This document shows positions 8,898-17,425 of a stretch of DNA of 64,000 nt, piece by piece; the first letter of the stretch is position 1; each line of letters begins with the position of its first letter. The translations under genes were made by a program, and so were the position numbers. This DNA comes from Vicinamibacterales bacterium (lineage in GTDB: Bacteria > Acidobacteriota > Vicinamibacteria > Vicinamibacterales > UBA8438): assembly GCA_965263195.1 (NCBI GenBank), contig OZ253664.1, forward strand, positions 3,253,045 through 3,317,044. The letters run 5' to 3'. Below the pieces are notes generated by a model, which had not been told where the DNA came from, ran no database searches, and worked only from the letters and a program-made list of their open reading frames with translations.

Positions 8898-9845
8898 ATG
8901 AACCACCGAATTCTCGCAGCGTTGTTTGCCGTGGCGGCGGTCGTGGTACTGATGCCGGTGAGCGTTGCAGGCCAGGCGCCGCCCACGCCGTGGGGCGACC
9001 CCGACCTGCAGGGACTCTGGACGAACTCCACGACGACGCCGTTGGAACGTCCGGACGACGTGTCGGCAGGAGATGTGCTTTCCAACGAGGAACGCGCGGC
9101 CCGGGACGCACAGGCGGACGTCACCCGCGAGGCGCGCGGCATCGAGTCGGGTACTGGCGAAACCGGCTCCTACAACAACTTCTGGGTCGAGCGGGGCGTC
9201 AGGATGGCGCGCGCGTCGCTCATCATCGACCCGCCGGACGGCAGGCTGCCGCTGACGCCAGCGGAGGCGACGCGCCGTGCGGGCCGCGAATCGTATCGGA
9301 ACCAGGCACCGGCCGGTCCCGAGGACCGCAGCGTGTTCGAGCGGTGCATCTCGCGCGGGTTGCCGGGCGCCATGATGCCCGGCTTCTACAACCACAACTA
9401 TCAGATCTTCCAGGTGCCGGGATACGTCGTGATCCTCATCGAGATGATCCACGATGCCCGCATCATTCCCCTGGACGGACGTCCGCACGTCGACCCGCAG
9501 ATTCGGCAGTGGCTCGGGGATTCCCGCGGCCGCTGGGAGGGCGACACGCTGGTGGTTGAGACCACCAATTTCACTCCGATGAACCAGCGGGCGCTTTCCG
9601 TCTTCGGCGGCAACGAGACCATGCAGCTGGTGGAACGGTTCACCCGCATCGACGAGGACAACATCGACTACCAGTACACGGTGACCGATCCGATGGAATA
9701 CACGCGACCGTGGACGGCGTCGACCCCGATGACGAATCTCGACGGCGGGCTGTACGAGTACGCCTGCCACGAGGGGAACTACGGACTGGAGAACATCCTG
9801 GCGGGCGCGCGTGCGCTGGAGCAGGCCGAGGCCGGCAGCCGCTAG
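8898..9845 (+). CDS. Secreted protein of the uncharacterised 'YEYACHEGNYG' family (paralog 3)
   Basis: Signal peptide MNHRILAALFAVAAVVVLMPVSVAGQ. Blocks PDLQGLWTN, ERCISRGLPG, EMIHDARIIPLDGRPH, GRWEGDTLVVETTNF, YEYACHEGNYGLENIL. Confidence 0.8.
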   Translation: MNHRILAALFAVAAVVVLMPVSVAGQAPPTPWGDPDLQGLWTNSTTTPLERPDDVSAGDVLSNEERAARDAQADVTREARGIESGTGETGSYNNFWVERGVRMARASLIIDPPDGRLPLTPAEATRRAGRESYRNQAPAGPEDRSVFERCISRGLPGAMMPGFYNHNYQIFQVPGYVVILIEMIHDARIIPLDGRPHVDPQIRQWLGDSRGRWEGDTLVVETTNFTPMNQRALSVFGGNETMQLVERFTRIDEDNIDYQYTVTDPMEYTRPWTASTPMTNLDGGLYEYACHEGNYGLENILAGARALEQAEAGSR

Positions 9846-9880
9846 CTGGACATCGTGCGAAGTGTGTGAGGAGGGCCGCA

Positions 9881-10312
9881 ATGATGCTGCATCCCGTACG
9901 GAGCCGCTTGCTCGCCCTGTTGGGTCTGGCAGGCTTGTTGGCCGTGGCGCTGCCCGCCGCGGCGCAGACTGAGCGGATGGAAATAGACGAGCTGAAGCAG
10001 CAGCTGGACGCCGGCGCCGAGGTGCTCATGATCGACGTCCGCGAGGACCACGAGGTCGCGAGCGGCTCGATTCCGGGCGCCATCCACATCCCGGTCGGGG
10101 AGCTCGAAGACCGGATGTCCGACATTCCCAAGGACGTGCGCCTCGTCTTCTTTTGAAACGGCGGAGGCCGGGGCTCCCGTGCTGCGGAGCTCTTCAAATC
10201 TCACGGTTACGACGCCGGCGAATTCTGCGCGCTGAACGACTGGAAGGCGAAGGGCTACGAGCTGGGCCAGACGGAGCGGCCGTCCGACGGGCCGATTAGT
10301 CCGGCGCCGTAG
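9881..10312 (+). CDS. Periplasmic single-domain rhodanese with in-frame TGA at the catalytic Cys position (candidate selenocysteine; alternatively a pseudogene)
   Basis: ATG at 9881 after GAGGAGG; signal peptide MMLHPVRSRLLALLGLAGLLAVALPAAAQ. The tracked ORF stops at TGA 10154-10156. The same frame stays open to TAG 10310-10312 and reads ..VRLVFF-[TGA]-NGGGRGSRAAELFKSHGYDAGEFCALNDWKAKGYEL. That is the rhodanese CxxGxR(S) active-site loop plus the normal C-terminal helices. Confidence 0.6.
10170..10193 (+). other. Candidate bacterial SECIS-like hairpin downstream of the in-frame TGA
   Basis: GGGGCUCC (10170-10177) pairs with GGAGCUCU (10186-10193): 8 bp including 2 G-U pairs. The 8-nt loop is CGUGCUGC. 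The loop starts 22 nt after the UGA. Confidence 0.35.
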
Positions 10313-10346
10313 CAGCAACCGCCGCCGCGGCGGCCAGCGTCGACGG

Positions 10347-12329
10347 TTACGGCAGCGCCAGGGCGATCAGCTCGCCCTCGTGGTCGTTGTCGCTGACCGC
10401 CACCACGACGTACTGCCTGCCGTCGTGCAGGTATGTCATCGGTGCGCCGGACGTCCCGGCCGGCAGCTCCGTCTGCCACAGAACGCGGCCGTTCGTCTTG
10501 TCGTAGGCGCGGAACATGCGCCCGCCGCCGTGCGGCGGCACCACCAGCAGCGACGGCGAGCCGTCTCCCAGGAACAGCAGCGTCTTCGTCAGCAGCGGCG
10601 CGGCGCGCCCCGGCGCGCCCAGCCACGGCAGCTCCAGGTCCTGCAGCGCCAGGTCGTCGCGCGGGCCGGGGCCGTTCGGCGTCATCCAGACGTGCTCGCC
10701 CGTGTTGAGATCGATGGCGGTGATGCGGCCCCACGGCGGCTTGACCAGCGGCAGCCCCCGCGGGCCGTCGATGTGCACGTTGCGGTTGCCGCGGATGTAG
10801 CGGAAGTTCGACACCGCCGGGTCCGGCTGCCGCAGCCACACCAGGATGGGCGCCGTGACCGACGGCACGTAGAGCATCTGCGTCTCGGGGTCGTACGCCG
10901 CGCCGTTCCAGTTCGAGCCGCCCACGTAGCTCGGGAGCTGCAGCGTGCCGAGCGTGCCGCCCGGCGACTCGTCGCGCACCGACGGAGGTGTGAACATCGG
11001 CCCCGAGCGGTACTGCCTGAATATCTCCAGCGCCTCGGCCCGCAGCTCCGGCGTGAAGTCGATCAGGTCGTCCTCGGTGATCCCCTGCCGGTCGAACGGC
11101 GCGGGCTTCGTCGGGAACGGCTGCGTCGGCGACAACTTCTCGCCGGGGACGTCGGACGGCGGCACGGGCCGCTCCTCGATCGGCCAGACCGGCTCGCCGG
11201 TGACGCGGTCGAAGACGTACGTGAACGCCTGCTTGCTCACCTGCGCCACCGCCTTGATCGGCCGGCCGTCGACGGTGATGTCGGCCAGGATCGGCGGCGA
11301 GGCGATGTCGTAGTCCCAGACGCCGTGGTGGATGAGCTGGTGGTACCACACCAGCCGTCCCGTGTCGCAGTCGACACAGAGCAGGCTCTCGGCAAACAGG
11401 TTGTCGCCCGGCCGGTGCCCGCCGTACCAGTTGTGGGTCGGCGTGCCGGTGGGGAGGTAGGCGTAGCCGAGCTCCTCGTCGGCGGTCATGACCGACCAGA
11501 CCGTGGCGGCGCCGGTGTACTCCCAGGAGCCGTCCTCCCAGGTCTCGTTGCCCGGCTCTCCCGGTTGCGGCACCGGGTTGAACTGCCACTTCAGCCGGCC
11601 GGTGACCGCGTCGAACCCGCGGATGTAGCCGGGCGCCTGCTCCTTGTTCAGCGGCACGTCGGGGATGGCGACGCCGACGATGACGGTGTCGCGGCAGACC
11701 AGCGGCGGGGCGTTCCACCTGAACTCCTCGAGCCGCGGGATGCCCGACCGCAGGTCGACCTTGCCGCCCTCGCCGAACTCGCCGATCGGGTTGCCCGTTT
11801 TGGCGTCGAGCGCCACCAGCCGCTCGCCGCTCACGACGAAGATGCGCTCGTCGTCGAGCCCCGGGTCGTGCCAGTAGCCGACGCCGCGCGTCGAGCCGCC
11901 GCGCGGCCGGCCGGCGCCGTCGTCCAGCGCGCGGTAGACCCACAGCGTCTCGCCGGTGGCCGGATCAATCGCCGCGGACTGGCCGAGGTTGGTGCTCATG
12001 AACAACCGCCCGCCGACCATCAGCGGCGTCCCGAGCAGCGTGTGGTTGAAGCGCAGGTCCGGGTTGTCGTCGACCAGGTCGTAGTCGACCGACCGCCAGC
12101 GCCAGGCGGTGCGCAGGTCCCCAACGTTCTGCGCGTCGATCTGGTCGAGCGGCGAGTACTTTGCCCCGCGCCCCTGTCCGCCGTACGTGCGCCATTCACC
12201 GTCGCTGCCGGATGGTTGCGCCGCGACCGGCAGGGGACCGGCAAGCAGGATCGCGAGGAGCAGCGCTGCCCAGAATGGATGCTGCGCCGGCCGAACGCGA
12301 CAGGTTGCTTGCCGTGGGCTGTGAGGCAT
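10347..12329 (-). CDS. PQQ-dependent dehydrogenase (8-bladed quinoprotein, glucose/other-substrate clade)
   Basis: ATG at 12329 (MPHSPRQ..) with signal-like FWAALLLAILLAGPLPVAAQ. Quinoprotein blocks WRTYGG..., AIDPATGETLWVY, ALDAKTGNPI, HHGVWDYD, AIDLNTGEHVW. The upstream part of the 850-aa tracked ORF is shadow. Confidence 0.85.
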   Translation of the reverse strand: MPHSPRQATCRVRPAQHPFWAALLLAILLAGPLPVAAQPSGSDGEWRTYGGQGRGAKYSPLDQIDAQNVGDLRTAWRWRSVDYDLVDDNPDLRFNHTLLGTPLMVGGRLFMSTNLGQSAAIDPATGETLWVYRALDDGAGRPRGGSTRGVGYWHDPGLDDERIFVVSGERLVALDAKTGNPIGEFGEGGKVDLRSGIPRLEEFRWNAPPLVCRDTVIVGVAIPDVPLNKEQAPGYIRGFDAVTGRLKWQFNPVPQPGEPGNETWEDGSWEYTGAATVWSVMTADEELGYAYLPTGTPTHNWYGGHRPGDNLFAESLLCVDCDTGRLVWYHQLIHHGVWDYDIASPPILADITVDGRPIKAVAQVSKQAFTYVFDRVTGEPVWPIEERPVPPSDVPGEKLSPTQPFPTKPAPFDRQGITEDDLIDFTPELRAEALEIFRQYRSGPMFTPPSVRDESPGGTLGTLQLPSYVGGSNWNGAAYDPETQMLYVPSVTAPILVWLRQPDPAVSNFRYIRGNRNVHIDGPRGLPLVKPPWGRITAIDLNTGEHVWMTPNGPGPRDDLALQDLELPWLGAPGRAAPLLTKTLLFLGDGSPSLLVVPPHGGGRMFRAYDKTNGRVLWQTELPAGTSGAPMTYLHDGRQYVVVAVSDNDHEGELIALALP

Positions 12330-12368
12330 GCCCGATCTTATCCCCGTAAGGTAAGCTTCATTGTGCGC

Positions 12369-13184
12369 ATGACGTCGCTGTCCGGTTTCCTCCGCATCGT
12401 CGCCTTGACCGTCGCCGGGGTGCTGCTGGCCGCCGCCCCGGCCGCGGCCCAGCGCCCGCTCGCCTCGCTCGACGCCCAGCGCGGCGTCGACACGAATCCG
12501 TACACCTCGGAAGAGGATGTCGCGGTGGGAGAGGAGTTGTTCGCCTCGCGCTGCGTCACTTGCCACGGCGCCGACGGCCGCGGCGACCGCGGGCCCGACC
12601 TGACGCGCGAGGTGTTCCGCCACGGCAACAGCGACCGCGCGATCTTCATGAACATCCTGAGCGGCATCCCGAATACCGGCATGCCGTCGGTGCGCCTGTC
12701 GGACAAGGAGATGTGGCAGATCGTGGCCTTCGTCCGCTCGCTGCGCGCCCCGGCGGAAATGGCCGAGACTGGCGACCCGGACGCCGGCCGGGAGCTGTAC
12801 GCGCGCCATGACTGCGGGCGCTGCCACTTCGTCAACGGCGAGGGCGGGCGGCTGGGGCCGGAGCTGAGCACCATCGGCTGGAGTCGCCCTCCGGTCCACC
12901 TGCGCGCGTCCCTCGTCGATCCGGGCGGCGACATCGAGGACGACTACCGCCAGGTGCGTGTCGCGGGCGCCGGCGGCGCCCCGACGGTGGGCGTGCTGCT
13001 CAACGAGGACGCCTATTCGATCCAGCTGCTCGACATGGCCGGCCGGCTGCGCTCCTTCATGAAGTCCGACGTCGAGGATCTCGAGCGCCCGCAGGCGTCG
13101 CTGATGCCCAGCTTCGCGGGACGCCTCGACGATCCGGAGTTGGACGATCTGGTTGCGTACCTCTCTTCCCTGCGACGGAGATGA
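12369..13184 (+). CDS. Periplasmic c-type cytochrome with two CxxCH motifs
   Basis: ATG at 12369 with a signal peptide. Heme sites CVTCH and CGRCH. The stop overlaps the start of the next gene (ATGA at 13181-13184). Confidence 0.8.
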   Translation: MTSLSGFLRIVALTVAGVLLAAAPAAAQRPLASLDAQRGVDTNPYTSEEDVAVGEELFASRCVTCHGADGRGDRGPDLTREVFRHGNSDRAIFMNILSGIPNTGMPSVRLSDKEMWQIVAFVRSLRAPAEMAETGDPDAGRELYARHDCGRCHFVNGEGGRLGPELSTIGWSRPPVHLRASLVDPGGDIEDDYRQVRVAGAGGAPTVGVLLNEDAYSIQLLDMAGRLRSFMKSDVEDLERPQASLMPSFAGRLDDPELDDLVAYLSSLRRR

Positions 13185-14815
13185 ATCCGAATATGCGAAT
13201 CCAATCCCGCGGGCGAACCGTCTACCTGGCGCTGGTCGCCGTGCTCGCCGCCGCGGCGGTGCTCGGCGCCCAGGGCGGCGGTGTGACGTCCGACCAACTG
13301 GTGCGCGCCGGCGACGATCCCGCCAACTGGATCACGTACTCCGGGCAGTACCACGCTCAGCGCTTCAGCCGCCTCGTGCAGATCGACCGCTCCAACGTCG
13401 GCCGCCTCGAGCTCGCCTGGGTGCGGCAGCTACCCGTCCTCGGTCAGGTGCAGACCTCGCCGCTCGTGGTGGACGGCATCATGTACCTCACCACGCCCGA
13501 GAACGAGGTGTATGCGCTCGACGCCGCCACCGGCAACGAATTCTGGAGCTACCAGCACGACCTCTCCGAGACGCTGACGCTGTGCTGCAGCAAGCAGAGC
13601 CGCGGCGTCGGCATCCTCGGCGACCGGCTCTATCTGACCACGATGGACGCGCACCTGATCGCGCTCGACGCCGCCACCGGCACCGAGCTGTGGGACCGCA
13701 AGATCGCCGACCACCTGGCCGGCTACAGCATGACCGCGGCGCCGCTCGTGGTGAAGGACATGATCGTCACCGGCACCGGCGGCGGCGAGTACGGCATCCG
13801 CGGCTGGGTCGACGCCTACGACGCCGAGACGGGCGAGCGCCGCTGGCGGGCCTACACCGTCCCCGGGCCGGGCGAGCCGGGCAACGACACCTGGGAAGGC
13901 GATTCCTGGAAGACCGGCGGCGCGTCGACCTGGATGACCGGGTCGTACGACCCCGACCTCAACCTTATCTACTGGGGCGTCGGCAACCCCGGCCCCGACT
14001 GGAACGGCGCCGCGCGCGAGGGCGACAACCTCTACTCGGACAGCGTCATCGCGATCGACGCCGACAGCGGCGAGATCAAGTGGCACTTCCAGTTCACGCC
14101 GCACGACATCCACGACTGGGACGCCTGCCAGGTCCCGGTGCTGGTCGACATGGTGATCGGCGGGCGCGAGCGCAAGCTGATGCTGTTCGCCAACCGCAAC
14201 GGCTTCTTCTACGTGCTCGACCGCGAGACCGGCCGCTTCGTGCAGGGGCGGGAATATGCCATGCAGACCTGGGCGCAGGGCCTCGACGACAGCGGGCGCC
14301 CGATCCGCGTGCCCGACATGGAGCCGACGCCGGAGGGCCGGCTGGTGTTTCCCGACGTGAACGGCGCCTCCAACTGGTGGTCGCCCTCCTACAGCCCCGA
14401 CACCGAGCTGTTCTACACGATGGCGTATGACGGCGGGGCGCTGTACTACTCCGCGGAATCCGAGTACGTGCCGGGTCAGTTGTTCCTCGGCGGCAGCCAC
14501 GTGCCGCAGACGCCGCGCGACACCAACGCGAGCGCCGTCCGCGCGATCGACCCGCGGACCGCCCGCGTCGTCTGGGAGCACCGCGTGCAGCCCAAGTCGA
14601 TGTCGGGGGTGATGACCACGGCCGGCGGCCTGGTGTTCGCCGGCACCGTCACCGGCAACTTCATCGCGCTGGACGCCGAAACCGGCGACGACCTGTGGCA
14701 CGCGCGCCTCGGCGGCAACGTGATTGCCGCGCCGATCACCTACCTCGTGAACGGCCGCCAACAGGTGACCATTGCAGCCGGCCAGGCCATCTTCACCTTC
14801 GCGCTCGGAGACTGA
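13181..14815 (+). CDS. PQQ-dependent alcohol dehydrogenase, methanol/ethanol family (XoxF/PedH-like)
   Basis: Signal peptide. Vicinal Cys pair LTLCCSKQ, W-motif propeller repeats, ALDAATG.., PHDIHDWDA (catalytic Asp with a second Asp at +2). Confidence 0.9.
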   Translation: MNPNMRIQSRGRTVYLALVAVLAAAAVLGAQGGGVTSDQLVRAGDDPANWITYSGQYHAQRFSRLVQIDRSNVGRLELAWVRQLPVLGQVQTSPLVVDGIMYLTTPENEVYALDAATGNEFWSYQHDLSETLTLCCSKQSRGVGILGDRLYLTTMDAHLIALDAATGTELWDRKIADHLAGYSMTAAPLVVKDMIVTGTGGGEYGIRGWVDAYDAETGERRWRAYTVPGPGEPGNDTWEGDSWKTGGASTWMTGSYDPDLNLIYWGVGNPGPDWNGAAREGDNLYSDSVIAIDADSGEIKWHFQFTPHDIHDWDACQVPVLVDMVIGGRERKLMLFANRNGFFYVLDRETGRFVQGREYAMQTWAQGLDDSGRPIRVPDMEPTPEGRLVFPDVNGASNWWSPSYSPDTELFYTMAYDGGALYYSAESEYVPGQLFLGGSHVPQTPRDTNASAVRAIDPRTARVVWEHRVQPKSMSGVMTTAGGLVFAGTVTGNFIALDAETGDDLWHARLGGNVIAAPITYLVNGRQQVTIAAGQAIFTFALGD

Positions 14816-14827
14816 CGGACCACCGCC

Positions 14828-15400
14828 ATGCGTACCGCCATTCTTATCCCGGTCGGCGTTCTGCTCGCCGCCGCGGGCCTGGCCTTTGCGATTGTGGTGG
14901 CCGTACCGCTGGCGCAGGACGCCGTCGGCCCGCAGTCGTTCGTGCACATCCAGACCGCCACCGGCGGCGACGGCGAACCGGTCAACCTGACGCTGCCGTT
15001 CGGCGCCGTAGGCGCGCTGCTGGCCATGGTGCCCGGCGCCATCGCAGAGAACGGGAATATCCGCCTCGGCGAGGGTCAGCACCTGCCCGTGGACACGCTG
15101 CGCAACCTCTGGGCGCAGGTGCAGTCGACGTCCGGTCCCGTCACCGTCGAGCACGAGGGCGCCGTCGTCCGCGTCGAGCAGACCGGCGAGCGGGTCCAGG
15201 TGCACTTCGAGCGGAACGGCGAGGCCACGCAGGCCGAGCTGCCGGCCGCCGTGCTCGACGCCGCGCTGTCGGCCAGCGACGGCGGGCTCGACATCGAGGG
15301 CGCCGTGCAGGCGCTGGAGGCCAGTCCTGGCCAAGACATCCAGGTGACCGGCGACGGCCGCCAGATGCGCGTCTGGATCGACACCGAAGCAGGGCAGTAG
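14828..15400 (+). CDS. Hypothetical membrane-anchored protein
   Basis: 190-aa ORF 13 nt after the dehydrogenase gene. N-terminal hydrophobic helix [22 protein letters not shown]. No motif recognised. Confidence 0.5.
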   Translation: MRTAILIPVGVLLAAAGLAFAIVVAVPLAQDAVGPQSFVHIQTATGGDGEPVNLTLPFGAVGALLAMVPGAIAENGNIRLGEGQHLPVDTLRNLWAQVQSTSGPVTVEHEGAVVRVEQTGERVQVHFERNGEATQAELPAAVLDAALSASDGGLDIEGAVQALEASPGQDIQVTGDGRQMRVWIDTEAGQ

Positions 15401-15417
15401 GATCAGGGACGGCGACG

Positions 15418-15927
15418 TTGCCTGCGCGTGCAGCCGCGAGCGACCCCGAGCACGAGCGCTGGATGCGCGCCGCGCTCGACCAGGCGCTGCAAGCCCTGGA
15501 GGCGGACGAGGTTCCTGTCGGCGCCGTGGTCGTGCACGACGGTCGCGTGGCTGGCGCCGGTTTCAATCAGCCGATCCGGACCAACGACCCGACCGCGCAC
15601 GCCGAGATGGTTGCGCTACGATCGGCCGCGCGCGCGCTCGGCAACTACCGCCTGACCGGCGCCGCGCTGTACGTCACCGTTGAGCCGTGCCTCATGTGCG
15701 CCGGCGCGCTCGTGCACGCACGGATCGAAACGCTGGTGTACGGCGCCCCGGAGCCGCGCTCAGGCGCGGTGGAGTCGGTTGCGCAGGCGTTCGACAACCC
15801 CGCGCTCAACCACCGCGTGAGCGCGGTCGGCGGCGTGCTCGAAGCCGAGTGCCGCGAGCTGATGCAGGCGTTCTTCAAGCGCCGCCGCTCGGCCGCGCCG
15901 ACGGACGCGGCCGTCGGCGGAACGTAG
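15418..15927 (+). CDS. tadA: tRNA adenosine(34) deaminase
   Basis: Deaminase zinc motifs HAEMVAL and PCLMCAGAL. The start is uncertain: TTG at 15418 or ATG at 15463. Confidence 0.85.
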   Translation: MPARAAASDPEHERWMRAALDQALQALEADEVPVGAVVVHDGRVAGAGFNQPIRTNDPTAHAEMVALRSAARALGNYRLTGAALYVTVEPCLMCAGALVHARIETLVYGAPEPRSGAVESVAQAFDNPALNHRVSAVGGVLEAECRELMQAFFKRRRSAAPTDAAVGGT

Positions 15928-15971
15928 GGCAGGGACGAGCAGACCACCGAATCCCTGCCGGCCATATATGC

Positions 15972-16062
15972 GGAGAGGTACCGAAGTGGTCGTAACGGGG
16001 GCGCCTCGAAAGCGTCTTGTCGGGAAACCGGCACGTGGGTTCGAATCCCACCCTCTCCGCCA
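15972..16062 (+). tRNA. tRNA-Ser (anticodon CGA), CCA encoded
   Basis: Acceptor stem GGAGAGG/CCTCTCC. Anticodon arm GGCGC-CTCGAAA-GCGTC. Long variable arm. T-arm GTGGG-TTCGAAT-CCCAC. Discriminator G followed by CCA. Confidence 0.9.
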
Positions 16063-16591
16063 CTTGCATCCGCGCCCGAGGCCGGCAGGCCGGAGCGCGA
16101 TCGGATGAAGAATCTGATTAAGGTGGCGGGTTCGGCGTTCAGCGTCCGAACCCATCCGGCCCTGACGGCTTCCGATCAATCCAGGTGGCGTGAGCCAGAC
16201 AGCGCGGAGTGAACGCACACCGCGCCTACCTACCGGGCGCCGTCGGTCATCAGTCAAGCACTGTGGCGTAGGATGGCTATCCGTCGAGCCATCTCATAAG
16301 ATCTGCATCCACACCAACTCTCGTGCTCAACGGAAAAACATACCGCCATAAGTTACCAATGGGCGTGTAGCGACAGGTGAAACCTCCATGAAGATCTACG
16401 ACGCACTTAACAGTATCGGTAAACACGACCTCGTGCTGCCGGAGTTTCAGCGTGAATACGTATGGTCCAAAGAGCAGGCCAAGCAACTCCTTGTGTCCCT
16501 CATCAAGAGTTACCCCGTAGGCGGCATGTTGATTTGGAAAACGGACTCTCCGCCAGAACTCAAGAATATCAACGAGCTACCGGACAAACTA

Positions 16592-17425
16592 GAACCTATC
16601 TCAAAATCGTTTAAACAATATCAGCAGGGATGCGAGCTGCACAAAGCCCAGGAAGTTGTTCGGATAGTACTCCCAGCGCGTCACAATACGGCGCTGCCAT
16701 TGGAGCCAGGCAAAAAAGCGCTCGACCTTCCACCGCCGCGCGTAGCGACGTAAGGGCCGACCGTCCTGTGTCTTGCGCCGCTTCCGATTCTTGCGATGCG
16801 GCGCGATCATCTCGACACCCTCGACCTTCAGTTCAGCGTCCAAGGGGTCACTGTCGTACGCTTTGTCGCCAATCAGGTGCTCCGGCGTCGCCTCAATCAT
16901 GTAGAATTCGAAGCTCAACTGCACCAACGTGACTTCATGATGGTTCGCCGCGTGAGTGCTGACCGAGAGCGGCAGCCCCTCCCGGTCCACGATCCCCATG
17001 ATTTTCACGCCTTTTCCGCGCTTCGTCGGGCCGACCTCCGCGCCACCCCCCTTCGCCGACGAGAACATCGCGTCAATGAAACTCTCCGATTCGTCCAGGC
17101 CGCCCCGCTCGCGGAGCGTATTGGCCACATCCACCAGGATATCCCGGAGCACCTCGTGGCGGCACCACGTCTGAAAGCGGCGATGCACGGTCTTGTAGTT
17201 CGAATAACACTGCGGCAACATATGCCATTGTGCGCCCGTGTTCAGAATCCACAAGACCGCCTCCAGCACCCGACGGGTCGGAATAGGTTTGCGACCCGCT
17301 CGCCCCGGAACACGACGCTCCTCAGGAAAGTGCTCCCGAATCCGTTCCCATTGCTCGTCGGTCAACTTCACCATCACAATAAGATTAACTTAATTCGACC
17401 CCGATCTCAATTTTGAGATAGGTTC
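16592..17425. mobile_element. IS5-family insertion sequence (about 0.83 kb)
   Basis: Perfect 16-bp terminal inverted repeats GAACCTATCTCAAAAT (16592-16607 and reverse complement at 17410-17425). Flanked by TA within a CTAG target (16589-16592 and 17425-17428). Confidence 0.85.
16601..17377 (-). CDS. IS5-family DDE transposase
   Basis: The 258-aa product carries LTDEQWERI, RKPIPTRRVLEAVLWILNTGAQWHMLP, HRRFQTW, DKAYDSD and WKVERFFAWL, typical of IS5/IS427-group transposases. Confidence 0.9.
   Translation of the reverse strand: MMVKLTDEQWERIREHFPEERRVPGRAGRKPIPTRRVLEAVLWILNTGAQWHMLPQCYSNYKTVHRRFQTWCRHEVLRDILVDVANTLRERGGLDESESFIDAMFSSAKGGGAEVGPTKRGKGVKIMGIVDREGLPLSVSTHAANHHEVTLVQLSFEFYMIEATPEHLIGDKAYDSDPLDAELKVEGVEMIAPHRKNRKRRKTQDGRPLRRYARRWKVERFFAWLQWQRRIVTRWEYYPNNFLGFVQLASLLILFKRF

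Noticed and set aside
6396-9111. Very long ORFs 6396..8585 (+, 729 aa) and 6865..9111 (-, 748 aa) overlapping the NHL and P450 genes
   Set aside because: Their translations are monotonous Arg/Gly/Pro/Ala/His strings with no motifs. They lie out of frame or antisense to genes with clear family signatures. These are typical shadow ORFs of high-G+C DNA.
9710-10156. Treating 9710..10156 as a complete 148-aa gene ending at the TGA
   Set aside because: The first 57 codons are Arg/Gly-rich shadow overlapping the end of the previous gene. The ATG at 9881 has a strong RBS and signal peptide. The protein would end exactly at the rhodanese catalytic residue while the frame continues as a normal rhodanese C-terminus. 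I therefore prefer read-through (Sec) or a very recent nonsense mutation.
13430-15334. 634-aa antisense ORF over the PQQ alcohol dehydrogenase gene, and the analogous 10380..12368 part of the + strand ORF over the other PQQ gene
   Set aside because: These are shadow frames. The opposite-strand products carry complete quinoprotein motifs. On the + strand, only the segment from ATG 12369 (cytochrome c with CxxCH) is credible.
15928-15959. Stem-loop GGCAGGGA-N16-TCCCTGCC after tadA as a rho-independent terminator
   Set aside because: The 8-bp stem is real, but the loop is large and no U-tract follows. It lies only 12 nt before the tRNA, so its function is unclear and it was not annotated.
16063-16387. 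Integrase gene or attL-type repeat directly after the tRNA-Ser
   Set aside because: No ORF with recombinase motifs lies here or elsewhere in the island. I could not find a copy of the tRNA 3' end downstream by eye. A computational search is still needed.
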